NCBI GenBank assembly: GCA_965279515.1
Contig: CBDIID010000003.1
Location: 2,080,001-2,144,000, forward strand
Direction: 5' to 3'
Source of the DNA: Turneriella sp.
GTDB taxonomy: Bacteria; Spirochaetota; Leptospiria; Turneriellales; Turneriellaceae
Length of the DNA stretch: 64,000 nucleotides
In this document: one piece after another, positions 1 through 11,046 of the stretch
Layout of the letters: the number at the start of each line of letters is the position of its first letter
Position numbering within the stretch: position 1 is the stretch's first letter
The notes under the pieces: model-generated
Seen by the model: only the letters and a program-made list of their open reading frames with translations
Database searches by the model: none
What the model was told of the DNA's origin: nothing
Translations under genes and position numbers: made by a program

Positions 1-1123
1 GGCCAAGTTTCAGCTCACGATCGGCAAATTGCATCTGTTTCTCCAGCACGGGAAGCTGGTCGGCCTTAAAGTCATCAAACAGTTTTTTCTTCTGCATATA
101 TTCGGCATGCGCAGCGCGGGCCAGTTGTAATACTTCGCGTTGCGTGTACTTGCCTTCATTGCGCGCCGCATCAAGCCTTTTCTCTGCGGCTTCGACCCCG
201 GCTCGATTGGCATTCAAAACAGGAATCGGCACTGTGACCGCGCCTCCATAAAACTGGTTTGCTCCTGGAGTTTCAATGGCCTCCCGCCGGTAAAAAGCAC
301 TGACGCTAACGTCTGGTAAGGGCACACGTTTCTGAAAAGAGACTTCAGCCTCAATACGCGCAAGCAAAACTTTCCTCGATTTGAGGCGACGGTTTCCTTC
401 TCGTACCTTGTTGATAAAATCCACGATATCGATATCGCGCAGGTCAGAAAGCCAGGGTGTAATGACCTTTACCTTTTCTCTTTGATTCAGGTAAACATTC
501 AGCTTTTGCCATGAACTTTCGGATTCCGCAAGCTCCTGATTCAGGGTTTTCTGCAAGGCAATGAGCTGGCTGGAAACAATGTTACGCTGAATGATCTTTG
601 CGGGCGAAGCATAAGCCTGGGCGCGCATATACGTGCGCATAAGAGACATGCGTTTAATGCGCTCTTTGCTATGCGAAGCGCGTAACTCTGCAATTGAAAA
701 AGCATATGCGTAGTACGCCGCCTCGAGCGAGAGCGATTCCGCAAGATCATCGCCTTCAATTTTCTGAATCTCAGCCTCACGCTCGTAAACTTCCAGCTGC
801 TTGCTCATCTTTCCCGGAAAATAAATCGGCTGCGTCACGCGGAAGTCATAGGTCATGTTATTGTTCTGCGTGTCTTTGAGACGCCCCAACTCGGCAGAAA
901 CGATCGGATTCTGCCATGCGGTGGCCTGGCGACCCTGCGCTTCAGTACTTTGTACCTTTAAGCGCTGCGCCTGAATCAGTTCGCTGTGCCCGCGCACGCG
1001 CTCGCTGATCTGCAGCAGCGTAAATTCCGCGCGCTCTTCCGCGCCTTCAGTTTCGATGAGCTCGTTTTCCGCAGCGCCAACCGGCGCAATCAGCAAAATG
1101 CACAGGTACTTCGCAAATCTCAT
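1..1123 (-). CDS. TolC/CzcC-family outer-membrane efflux protein (3' end outside window)
   Basis: Not in ORF track. Hand translation from ATG 1123 gives MRFAKYLCILLIAPVGAA (signal peptide)...ATAWQNPIVSAELG...VTQPIYFPGK...PLPDVSVSAFY...GAVTVPIPVLNANRAGVEAA, the typical twice-repeated OEP motifs. The frame appears open to the window edge. Confidence 0.8.
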   Translation of the reverse strand, partial: MRFAKYLCILLIAPVGAAENELIETEGAEERAEFTLLQISERVRGHSELIQAQRLKVQSTEAQGRQATAWQNPIVSAELGRLKDTQNNNMTYDFRVTQPIYFPGKMSKQLEVYEREAEIQKIEGDDLAESLSLEAAYYAYAFSIAELRASHSKERIKRMSLMRTYMRAQAYASPAKIIQRNIVSSQLIALQKTLNQELAESESSWQKLNVYLNQREKVKVITPWLSDLRDIDIVDFINKVREGNRRLKSRKVLLARIEAEVSFQKRVPLPDVSVSAFYRREAIETPGANQFYGGAVTVPIPVLNANRAGVEAAEKRLDAARNEGKYTQREVLQLARAAHAEYMQKKKLFDDFKADQLPVLEKQMQFADRELKLG

Positions 1124-1153
1124 AACGGCATACCCCCATGGTCAGACATGCTG

Positions 1154-1912
1154 TTAACCAATTCCGGGGCGCTCACCCACACCCTCGAAATAATCGTGAA
1201 AACGTGGGCTAAACCCGGCGCTGGATATTTTTTCATTGCTGATAACTCTCGACCTATCTTTTGCTGCGGGCACAGAGACTCCAAAACGGGCGAGAATCGT
1301 GCTGCGCCATTGCGGTCTGCCGTCGTGGATGTTATAGACACCTGACAGATTCCCGGTAATACATTGCGCTATTGCCGCCACCGCATCGTCCCTGTGGATA
1401 AAATGAATCAATTTATCTTCTTCGTACTTCAGACTATGCTGCCCATAGATTGGCCGGTCGTGGCTATAGAGCCCGGCCAGGCGCAAGACCACCGACTGCG
1501 GTTGCGAGAGAGCAACCGCTTCCGCTTCGAGCAGAATTCGGGCTCTCTCTGTATGAGCTGACCCTGCTTCTTCAGAATAGGTTCCAGGCGCATCGGGATA
1601 TACTGCAGTGCTGGATATATATATATACTGGCGTGCATGTAGTGACTGCAGAAAGTTTTTCTGCGCCGCGACATAGGTCTGCTCATACAGCACGCCGGAT
1701 CTGCTTCCCGGAGCCAGGCAAAAAACTGCGACATCAAAATCGTAGCTGCTGAGCTGCGGCGGCGCCATGATCAGATCACCTTTAACAAATTCAATGCCAT
1801 TCACAGCCTGCGCCGCGGAACGTCTTAAAACAGTGACATGGTGGCCTGCTGCGGCAAATTTTTCCGCAATTTTTGCCCCCAGATAACCATAACCTGCCAG
1901 CAGAATCCGCAC
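1154..1912 (-). CDS. Atypical SDR / NAD-dependent epimerase-dehydratase (YeeZ-like)
   Basis: N-terminal ILLAGYGYLG Rossmann motif, YISSTAVY, VLRLAGLY, FIHRDD, GVYNI. Confidence 0.85.
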   Translation of the reverse strand: MRILLAGYGYLGAKIAEKFAAAGHHVTVLRRSAAQAVNGIEFVKGDLIMAPPQLSSYDFDVAVFCLAPGSRSGVLYEQTYVAAQKNFLQSLHARQYIYISSTAVYPDAPGTYSEEAGSAHTERARILLEAEAVALSQPQSVVLRLAGLYSHDRPIYGQHSLKYEEDKLIHFIHRDDAVAAIAQCITGNLSGVYNIHDGRPQWRSTILARFGVSVPAAKDRSRVISNEKISSAGFSPRFHDYFEGVGERPGIG

Positions 1913-1988
1913 GGGAAGTTCTGCAATCCGGAATCAGGCCAGCGAGAAGAAAGTGACGCCGGCGCTCGCGCATGGTTTTGGACTATGC

Positions 1989-3419
1989 GTGTTCGCCCGC
2001 CTCGACTATGATTTTTTCACCGTCGCTTCTGTCTGTGCGTCTGCCAAACCCTCGCCCTACACACCGGACATCCGCCTTTCTTCCGTTACCAATTCATCGC
2101 TCGAAGTGAAGCCGGGTTCGCTCTTTGTGCCCCTCGCCGACCGGCGTGACGGGCATGATTTTATTGCCGACGCTTTGAGCCACGGAGCCGCGGCGTTTTT
2201 TCTCCAGGAAAACCACCCCATAAAAAAGAAACTCGATGCTGCCGCACTCGCGAAAGCGATTATTGTGGCCGACCCTCTTCTCGCGCTGGGTGCCCTTGCA
2301 CGTTTTCACCGCAACCGTTTCTCGCCCTTCGTTATCGCCGTTACCGGTTCCAACGGCAAAACGACCACGAAAGAAATGCTGGCACAGATTTTCCGGCACG
2401 CCCTGGGCAAGCGCTGCATCGCCACCGAAAAAAACTACAATAACCATATCGGTCTGCCGTTTACGCTATTCTCGATCCGGCGCGACACGCGCGTCGCGGT
2501 GCTCGAGATGGGCATGAACCATGCCGGTGAAATCGCGTATCTCTCGCGCCTCGCGCGTCCCGATGCTGCCGTGATATCCAGCATCGGCCATGCGCACATT
2601 GAGTTCTTCCGTTCGCGCGCCGGCATTGCTGCGGCCAAGGCTGAAATAACCGAAGGGATGACCAGGGGGGGATTCCTCTACCTGCCGGAGGAAATTGCCG
2701 AACTCAAAACTCTCGCACATATCGCGGCGGACAAAAAAATCCAGGTTAAGAAAATTTCTCCGAAACGAGACGGCGCGGTGCGCATCTCTTCCGCAACCGC
2801 GCAGGGCTTTGAACTCAAGATCAGCCGCGAATCCGTGCACTTCCCCCACGCGAATGCCGCCTGGGTTTCGAATTTCGCATTAGCCGCGGCAGTGGCTGCT
2901 GACAATGGCATCGGCAGCGAGGTCATCGCAAAGACAGCAAGGAACTTCAAGCCTGCCGCGGGCAGAATGCAGCTGCGAAGGGTACGCGTCGCGGCGATGC
3001 CGGCTGGCAAGGTTGCGATCAGCCTTACCGTCATCGATGACGGTTACAATGCAAACCCGGATTCCGCGGTATCCTCGATCGATGCCGCAATACAGTTGGC
3101 CGACGGCAAACCTGTAATCTGTGTGTTTGGTGATTTTAAAGAGATGGGTAAATTCAGCCGGGCGCTGCATGCCTGGACGGGTGAGCAGGCCGCGAAAAAA
3201 GGTGTGAGTGCATTTTATGGCGTCGGCCGCGATATGACACATGCGGTCAGGGCGTTTGCCAGAACTTCCGGCAAAAAATTGCGCAGCTACAGCTTTGCGC
3301 GCGAAACGCCTGAGAAGCTGTTAACACAACTCAGGCAAGAATCCAGTGGTTCTGTAATTCTCGTCAAAGGTTCGCGGGCCATGAAAATGGAAGAGATCGT
3401 GGCGGCACTCGCCGGCTGA
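1989..3419 (+). CDS. murF: UDP-N-acetylmuramoyl-tripeptide--D-alanyl-D-alanine ligase
   Basis: VIAVTGSNGKTTTKE, NYNNHIGLP, LEMGMNHAGEI, IDDGYNANP, LVKGSRAMKME. The ORF opens at 1953 but GTG 1989 is the more likely start. Confidence 0.95.
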   Translation: MFARLDYDFFTVASVCASAKPSPYTPDIRLSSVTNSSLEVKPGSLFVPLADRRDGHDFIADALSHGAAAFFLQENHPIKKKLDAAALAKAIIVADPLLALGALARFHRNRFSPFVIAVTGSNGKTTTKEMLAQIFRHALGKRCIATEKNYNNHIGLPFTLFSIRRDTRVAVLEMGMNHAGEIAYLSRLARPDAAVISSIGHAHIEFFRSRAGIAAAKAEITEGMTRGGFLYLPEEIAELKTLAHIAADKKIQVKKISPKRDGAVRISSATAQGFELKISRESVHFPHANAAWVSNFALAAAVAADNGIGSEVIAKTARNFKPAAGRMQLRRVRVAAMPAGKVAISLTVIDDGYNANPDSAVSSIDAAIQLADGKPVICVFGDFKEMGKFSRALHAWTGEQAAKKGVSAFYGVGRDMTHAVRAFARTSGKKLRSYSFARETPEKLLTQLRQESSGSVILVKGSRAMKMEEIVAALAG

Positions 3420-3446
3420 GAAAGATGATACTCGTTCAGCGCTGAT

Positions 3447-3890
3447 ATGGATTCTTTCTCGCGGGCTTTTCTCTACGCGGCTTTGGCTGCGATCGGCAAT
3501 GGCATTTTTGTCTACGGGCAGAAAAAATCCGCCATTTCCGGAAACCCCTTTATCTTTTTGATCTGGTCACTCCTGATTTGCGTCGCACTTCTGGCCTTGT
3601 CTGCGGTATTTTTTCCGAAGGCAGATTATGTCACATACCTCAAAGAAAACTACAAACCCGCGCTGATTTCGGGCGGCGGGCTTTTTCTTACCTATGTGGG
3701 TTTTTATTTTCTCTATGCCGGTTTCGGGGCTTCGTATTATATTCTATACGGCATCCTTTCGATGCTCACAACCTCGATCATCGTCGGCATTGTGGTTTTC
3801 AAAGAGGAATACAACCTGTACTATTTTCTCGCGACCGTCAGTGCGATGGTCACGGTATTTTTGTTCTATCTCGGAAAGAAAGGCCGCTGA
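3447..3890 (+). CDS. EamA/DMT-superfamily small membrane transporter
   Basis: 147 aa with about 5 hydrophobic helices and a G..(V/F)KE motif before the last helix. Confidence 0.7.
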   Translation: MDSFSRAFLYAALAAIGNGIFVYGQKKSAISGNPFIFLIWSLLICVALLALSAVFFPKADYVTYLKENYKPALISGGGLFLTYVGFYFLYAGFGASYYILYGILSMLTTSIIVGIVVFKEEYNLYYFLATVSAMVTVFLFYLGKKGR

Positions 3891-3908
3891 ACCCGGCAAC
3901 ATCCGGCT

Positions 3909-4934
3909 TTACTTATGTTTTGCCAGGTACCACTCGACGGTCTTTCTGATTCCACTCTCAAAATTCTCCGCCGCTTTCCATCCTAATTGTGATTCAATTT
4001 TTGTAGCGTCGATGGCATAACGCCGGTCATGCCCGGGTCGATCGGCAACAAAACTGATCAGTTCCTTGTAATGTGAAATTTTAAGCCCGCGCCCCGCGGG
4101 CGGCGCGATTTCCTGCAACAGGTCGGTAATCGCGCCGACGATTTGCAGGTTATTGCGCTCGTTGCGGCCGCCGATATTGTACGTTTCTCCCGCTTTACCG
4201 CTATGGAATGCCAGATCGATGCCGGTGCAGTGGTCGCGTACAAACAGCCAATCCCTTACGTTTTTGCCGTCGCCATAGATCGGGATTTTTTCGCCAGCCA
4301 GGGCCTTGCGGATAATCGTCGGAATCAGCTTCTCATCGTGCTGGTGCGGGCCATAGTTATTCGAACAGTTGGTAATCACGGTGTTGAGCCCGTATGTGTG
4401 ATGCCATGCGCGCGCGAGAAAATCACTCCCCGCTTTCGATGCGCTGTAAGGGCTATTCGGCGCATACGACGTATCTTCGCGGAATAAACCCGTTTCGCCG
4501 AGCGAACCATAAACTTCATCTGTGGAAACGTGGAGGAATCTGCAATTCTCTTTACCCGTCTTACTTTTGAAGGGAGTCTCCATCCAGTGAGAGCGCGCTG
4601 CCTCCAGAAGGGCGAGAGTTCCCTTGACGTTGGTCTCGATGAAAACGGCAGGCCCGCTGATGGAATTATCGACGTGAGATTCTGCGGCGAAATGCAAGAC
4701 ACCCGTAATATTTTCTTCCGAAAAAAGTTTGTGGAGCAATGCCTGGTCGAGAATGTCGCCTTTCACGAGGCTGTAATGCGGATTACCCTCGAGCGATGCC
4801 AGATACGACGTGTTGGCAGCATAGGTGAGCTTATCGAGGTTAATAATCCTGTAATCCGGATATTTCTCCACCAGGTGCAAAATAAAATTGGAGCCGATAA
4901 ACCCCGCCCCGCCGGTAACCAGAATCGATCTCAT
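3909..4934 (-). CDS. rfbB: dTDP-glucose 4,6-dehydratase
   Basis: VTGGAGFIGSN, DKLTYA, FAAESHVDNSI, HVSTDEVYG, PNSPYSASKA, DRPGHDRRYA. Confidence 0.97.
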   Translation of the reverse strand: MRSILVTGGAGFIGSNFILHLVEKYPDYRIINLDKLTYAANTSYLASLEGNPHYSLVKGDILDQALLHKLFSEENITGVLHFAAESHVDNSISGPAVFIETNVKGTLALLEAARSHWMETPFKSKTGKENCRFLHVSTDEVYGSLGETGLFREDTSYAPNSPYSASKAGSDFLARAWHHTYGLNTVITNCSNNYGPHQHDEKLIPTIIRKALAGEKIPIYGDGKNVRDWLFVRDHCTGIDLAFHSGKAGETYNIGGRNERNNLQIVGAITDLLQEIAPPAGRGLKISHYKELISFVADRPGHDRRYAIDATKIESQLGWKAAENFESGIRKTVEWYLAKHK

Positions 4935-5803
4935 TTTTGTGCTCCTTGAAATGCAACCACAGCATCGGCAAGCGCCGCACGCCAGTGGCGGATGGGAAAA
5001 TCAAATGTGGTGGCAAATTTACGGGACCAGAGTGCGCTATATGCCGGTCGCGGTGTAGGCACGGGATACTCCGAAGTCAGAATAGGTTCAACCGGAGTTT
5101 TAATACCGGCAAACTCCAGAATCGCGCTGGCAAAATCGTACCAGGTCGCGACGCCCGTGTTGCTGAAGTGGAATAATTGCGTTGTCTGCGGTGCAGGTTT
5201 GCCGTGCAGGGCTTGCAGCATATGCCAAAGGCCACGCGCCAGGTCGACAGCATAGGTGGGCGAACCGTGCTGGTCGGCAATGACTGTCAGCTTCGGTTTT
5301 TCTTTGCCCAGCCGTATCATCGTCTTCATAAAGTTTGCGCCGAACTCAGAATAGAGCCAGGCAGTCCTGACAATCGCGCCGGAAACACCCGACTCCATAA
5401 AAGCTTTCTCTCCTGCCGCCTTACTCTCCGCATAGACTCCGATCGGGTGAATAATCTGTGTCTCGTCGATCGGCCGGTTGAAACCGCCATGGAACAGAAA
5501 ATCTGTCGAAATATGGACCAGATATATCTTTTTGTCCGCACAAACTTCCGCGAGATTTTTGACTGCAATACTGTTCACAGCAAAAGCTGCGTCGCGCTGC
5601 TGTTCGGCGAGATCGACCTTTGTGTATGCGGCGGCATTGATGACAAAGTCAACGGGGTGCGCGGAAACAAAATTTGCAATTGCACCCTTAGACTCGAGAT
5701 CGAGTTTATCTTTATCTGCAAAAACAGCCTCGACACCGGGGGCTATTGTCTTGCGCAGACTTGTCCCCAATTGACCATCACCGCCGGTGATCAGAACGCG
5801 CAT
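4931..5803 (-). CDS. rfbD: dTDP-4-dehydrorhamnose reductase
   Basis: GGDGQLG, INAAAYTKVDLAE, HISTDFLF, YAESK, DQHGSPT, RPAYSAL. Confidence 0.95.
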   Translation of the reverse strand: MRVLITGGDGQLGTSLRKTIAPGVEAVFADKDKLDLESKGAIANFVSAHPVDFVINAAAYTKVDLAEQQRDAAFAVNSIAVKNLAEVCADKKIYLVHISTDFLFHGGFNRPIDETQIIHPIGVYAESKAAGEKAFMESGVSGAIVRTAWLYSEFGANFMKTMIRLGKEKPKLTVIADQHGSPTYAVDLARGLWHMLQALHGKPAPQTTQLFHFSNTGVATWYDFASAILEFAGIKTPVEPILTSEYPVPTPRPAYSALWSRKFATTFDFPIRHWRAALADAVVAFQGAQK

Positions 5804-5806
5804 AAT

Positions 5807-6343
5807 TCAGCGAAAGTACAAGGCATCTTTGAATAGCGGCAAAATGCGGTCTTTTTCGGAAGTCTGAATTTCCTTGTCCATGATACGCCAGTCAATGCCT
5901 AACGCCGGGTCATTGAAGAGAATGCCGCGCTCGTGTTCTTTCGAATAAAAATTATCCACCTTGTACTGAAAAATCGCTTTCTCAGAAAGAACGACGAATC
6001 CGTGCGCAAAACCACGCGGCACGAACAGCTGGTTTAACTTCTTATCATCCAACACATAGGAATATACGGCACCAAAATACGGCGAACTCTTACGGATATC
6101 AACAGCGATATCCAGCACTTCACCGAGGGCGACACGCACCAGCTTCGCCTGGGCCATGGGTTCCATCTGGTAATGAAGACCGCGGAGTACACCGCGGCGG
6201 GAAAGTGATTCGTTGTCCTGCACGAAATTTTCGTCGATACCCCATTTCTCAACGAATGTTTTACGGTTATAGGGCTCGAAAAAATAACCACGGTCATCGC
6301 CGTGGACAGCAGGTTCAATCAGTATCGGTTTTGGGTATTTCAC
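5807..6343 (-). CDS. rfbC: dTDP-4-dehydrorhamnose 3,5-epimerase
   Basis: [36 protein letters not shown]. Confidence 0.97.
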   Translation of the reverse strand: MKYPKPILIEPAVHGDDRGYFFEPYNRKTFVEKWGIDENFVQDNESLSRRGVLRGLHYQMEPMAQAKLVRVALGEVLDIAVDIRKSSPYFGAVYSYVLDDKKLNQLFVPRGFAHGFVVLSEKAIFQYKVDNFYSKEHERGILFNDPALGIDWRIMDKEIQTSEKDRILPLFKDALYFR

Positions 6344-7224
6344 GTCCTTTTGCTCTCGGCCAAACGCAGCAGATATTTACCGTACTCTATTTTTTCCAAT
6401 GGTTTTGCCAGTTTAATAAGTTGGTCTACTGTGATGTAGCCCTTAATAAAAGCAATCTCTTCGATGCAGGCAACTTTAAGCGCCTGGCGTTTTTCAACGA
6501 GGCTTACAAAATGGCTCGCGTCGAGCAGCGAATCGTGCGTACCCGTGTCGAGCCAGGCATAGCCGCGGCCCATAATATTCACGCGCAATTTTTTTTCGTT
6601 CAGATAAACACGGTTAAGATCGGTGATTTCGAGTTCGCCGCGCGGCGACGGCTTTAATGCTTTTGCCTTTGCTACAACGCTATTATCATAAAAATAAAGC
6701 CCGACCACGGCATAATTACTTTTAGGTTTTGCCGGTTTTTCTTCGATCGACAGGGCATTAAAATCTTTATCGAATTCGACAACCCCGTAGCGCTCAGGGT
6801 CATGCACAGGATACGCAAAAACTTCAGCGCCACCATCGCGCTCCGTACGCTGCACCGCCTGGGTTACCAGTTCCGTCAAATGGTGTCCATGGAAGATGTT
6901 ATCCCCCAGTACCAACGCTGCAGCGTCATCGCCAATAAAATCCGCACCGATGACAAACGCCTGGGCCAGGCCGTCAGGCGATGGTTGTTCTGCATAACTG
7001 AATTTAAGACCCAAATCTTCGCCCGTGCCAAGCAGCTCACGAAAGCGCGGCAGATCAGACGGCGTTGAAATTATCAGAATCTCGCGGATACCTGCGAGCA
7101 TGAGGGCTGAAAGCGGATAATAGATCATCGGCTTATCATAAATCGGCATCAGCTGTTTCGAGATGACGCGTGTCACTGGGTAAAGGCGCGTGCCTGATCC
7201 GCCAGCGAGAATAATGCCTTTCAT
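6340..7224 (-). CDS. rfbA: Glucose-1-phosphate thymidylyltransferase
   Basis: [58 protein letters not shown]. Confidence 0.98.
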   Translation of the reverse strand: MKGIILAGGSGTRLYPVTRVISKQLMPIYDKPMIYYPLSALMLAGIREILIISTPSDLPRFRELLGTGEDLGLKFSYAEQPSPDGLAQAFVIGADFIGDDAAALVLGDNIFHGHHLTELVTQAVQRTERDGGAEVFAYPVHDPERYGVVEFDKDFNALSIEEKPAKPKSNYAVVGLYFYDNSVVAKAKALKPSPRGELEITDLNRVYLNEKKLRVNIMGRGYAWLDTGTHDSLLDASHFVSLVEKRQALKVACIEEIAFIKGYITVDQLIKLAKPLEKIEYGKYLLRLAESKRT

Positions 7225-7226
7225 GG

Positions 7227-7712
7227 CTATCGGCCTTTCTTGCGCGCTCTAGTGCTCTTGGCGGTGCTTTTCTGAGGCGCTGCTTCTATGGGGGCTGACC
7301 TGGTGTCTAGCGGGCGTGGCTGCGGATTGATATGCATACGCCGCCTTGCTGATGCATAGGTCAGAGCCGTAAAAAGGCCTATAATGCCAAGCGCGGCCAA
7401 AACGGCATAATAGAGATAACGAATGCGCTCCGCCGCGACACGCTCTGCGTTACGGCGATAAAGCTCTTCGCTAAGCCAGAAAAGCCGCTGGTCCGCCGCC
7501 GAATGCGATTTTTTGAAGCCGTTGGTAATCTTTTGCAGATCTTCGTCGCTGAAGGCTGCCATACCGGCACGAGCCTTGGCGGTATCGGCTTCGAGGAAGT
7601 TTTTTAACGGCGTCGCCAGCGTCTCGGGCAATGATTCGGGCTCAAACTCGGCCCCTATGTTTGCCAAAACGAAGAGCGATGAAAACAGGATTAATTTATG
7701 TATTAAAGCCAT
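7227..7712 (-). CDS. Hypothetical membrane protein (signal peptide, helical domain, C-terminal TM plus basic tail; possibly CcmD-like)
   Basis: Likely start ATG 7712 ([21 protein letters not shown]), overlapping the ccmC stop. C-terminal [27 protein letters not shown]. Confidence 0.6.
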   Translation of the reverse strand: MALIHKLILFSSLFVLANIGAEFEPESLPETLATPLKNFLEADTAKARAGMAAFSDEDLQKITNGFKKSHSAADQRLFWLSEELYRRNAERVAAERIRYLYYAVLAALGIIGLFTALTYASARRRMHINPQPRPLDTRSAPIEAAPQKSTAKSTRARKKGR

Positions 7713-8361
7713 GGGATTGTGACTCCGCCTGTTCCGTACGGAACTTTGCGACCAGAATTGAAACAAAAAGCAGGGTGAAAGCCGAAAAACTGAGCCAGAA
7801 AGCCTTTTTCATCACGGGATCGGCAAGACCCGAGCCGCTCTTTTGCACGAACACGGGCCCCGGATGCGAGGCGGTTTTCCAGATGTAAATTGCCGCAATG
7901 ACCAATACGGCATTCATTACCGCCAGCAACGCCAATACCGCACCGATGCGAGCGCCCTTTTCAAAATCCGATACTGTCGCACGCAGCAATAGATAACCAT
8001 TATACATCATCCACATCACAAAGAAAGAAACAAGCCTTTCATCGCCCCAGTTCCAGAATGTCCCCCACACGGGCTTTGCCCAGAGCGGCCCGGTCACCAG
8101 TACCGTCGTCGTAAACGCCCAGCCGGTTTTGATGAAGGCGCGTGCCCACGCATCGTGGCGCATATTACGGCTGCGCAGGTAACGCACGCTCATCACGGCG
8201 CCACCGATGAATGCGATGAAAGAAACCCAGACGAGCGGCACGTGAAAATAGAAAATGCGCTGCACATTGCCCTGCATGGCGTCGGCAGGTGCCTGCAACA
8301 ACGCAATATTCGCCGCCCACGCACTTAATCCGATGGCTGCAGCCAGAAGCAAATAGTACAT
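7696..8361 (-). CDS. ccmC: Cytochrome c biogenesis heme-handling protein CcmC/CcsA family
   Basis: True start ATG 8361 (MYYLLLAAA). QRIFYFHVP, Trp-rich WWD motif GPLWAKPVWGTFWNWGDERL, second His in ASHPGP. Confidence 0.88.
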   Translation of the reverse strand: MYYLLLAAAIGLSAWAANIALLQAPADAMQGNVQRIFYFHVPLVWVSFIAFIGGAVMSVRYLRSRNMRHDAWARAFIKTGWAFTTTVLVTGPLWAKPVWGTFWNWGDERLVSFFVMWMMYNGYLLLRATVSDFEKGARIGAVLALLAVMNAVLVIAAIYIWKTASHPGPVFVQKSGSGLADPVMKKAFWLSFSAFTLLFVSILVAKFRTEQAESQSHGFNT

Positions 8362-8398
8362 AATCAGGCCTTCACCGCCGCATTGAACCGTACAGCAA

Positions 8399-9439
8399 TT
8401 ACTCGAGCGTGTCGTCTTCGGAGAAAATTGCTGTGATATTAGCCTGCGGAGTGATGTCGAAGCTGTAATTGACCACGGGCACCTTGGGTGCGATGACGCG
8501 GCCGGCAATTTCAAGCACCTCAAGCGGCGATCTTTCTTCGACGATAATCTTATCGCCATTTTCAATCGAGTTGTCGAACGTAGATTTCGGCGCCACGACG
8601 AAAAACGGGATGCGGTGGGCCTTCGCCAGCACCGACAGTGAATAAGTGCCAATCTTGTTCGCCACGTCGCCGTTGGCTGCGATGCGATCTGCCCCGACAA
8701 AAACAGCGTCGATCAGTTTTTTCTGCATCAGGTAGCCGGCCTGTGAGTCGACGGTCAGCGTTACGGGAATTTTCTCTTTCAGTAATTCGAACGCCGTCAA
8801 CCTTGCGCCCTGCAGATACGGCCGTGTCTCGTCGGCATAGACCATATTGATCTTACCCTTTTCATGCAACAGGCGGATAGCCCCCATTGCCGTACCAATG
8901 CCGCCGGTCGCCAGCGACCCCGTATTGCAATGGGTGAGAATATTGTATTTTTCTTTCGGGTATTTTGTGACAAGATATTTCACCGCATTATTAGACATCG
9001 CAAGGCAACGCTCTGCATCGTCATTATGAATCTCGAGTGCTTTCTCGTAGAGCTTCAGAAGCAGCTTCAGATTCGCGTCTTTCGCTTTTGACACGTCGCC
9101 CGCGAAAAACGCCTGCGCAACAGCCAGCATTTCGCGCGTTGCCCACATCAGGTTGACTGCAGTCGGCCGCGAAGCATCGAGTAATTGTTTTTGTTTTTTG
9201 AAGAGGTCGAGCGTGAGCTTTTTATTTTTTTTCGAAGCTTCCCAGCCTGTCAGATACATGCCGTACGCGGCACTGATGCCGATCGCCGGAGCGCCCCGCA
9301 CGACCATCTCTTTGATTGCCCTTGCGACATCGTTGCCATTGTTGCAGGTAACATAGTCGAGCTTATGCGGCAGCAACTTCTGGTTTAAGAGCTGAATCTT
9401 ATCGCGCGCCGTCTTGATAAAAGAAAGATTTGTTTTCAT
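8399..9439 (-). CDS. mtnA: S-methyl-5-thioribose-1-phosphate isomerase
   Basis: MVVRGAPAIG, SRPTAVNL, LTHCNTGSLAT, DETRPYLQGARLT, VGADRIAANGDVANKIGTY. Confidence 0.96.
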   Translation of the reverse strand: MKTNLSFIKTARDKIQLLNQKLLPHKLDYVTCNNGNDVARAIKEMVVRGAPAIGISAAYGMYLTGWEASKKNKKLTLDLFKKQKQLLDASRPTAVNLMWATREMLAVAQAFFAGDVSKAKDANLKLLLKLYEKALEIHNDDAERCLAMSNNAVKYLVTKYPKEKYNILTHCNTGSLATGGIGTAMGAIRLLHEKGKINMVYADETRPYLQGARLTAFELLKEKIPVTLTVDSQAGYLMQKKLIDAVFVGADRIAANGDVANKIGTYSLSVLAKAHRIPFFVVAPKSTFDNSIENGDKIIVEERSPLEVLEIAGRVIAPKVPVVNYSFDITPQANITAIFSEDDTLE

Positions 9440-9464
9440 ACTTCTCCTGAAAGGGAACGGTGGG

Positions 9465-10997
<1,533 letters not shown>

Positions 10998-11027
10998 TTA
11001 TGGCCAAAACCGGAATTTTTGACAGGG

Positions 11028-11033
11028 TGTAAA
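11028..11033 (-). promoter_or_regulatory. TTTACA -35-like hexamer 30 nt upstream of lysS start (putative leaderless promoter)
   Basis: Minus strand cTTTACA-N30-ATG with no SD. The same geometry recurs before several other genes. Confidence 0.5.
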
Positions 11034-11046
11034 GGAGGCTTGGCCG

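Noticed and set aside
2975..3030. Roughly 10-aa insertion in MurF (RVRVAAMPAGKVAIS) with a weak hairpin
   Set aside because: No second copy, terminal repeats or target duplication. Likely ordinary loop variation.
8362..8700. 113-aa N-terminal extension of the ccmC ORF
   Set aside because: Overlaps mtnA in another frame. The real start is ATG 8361 after an AAGG SD.
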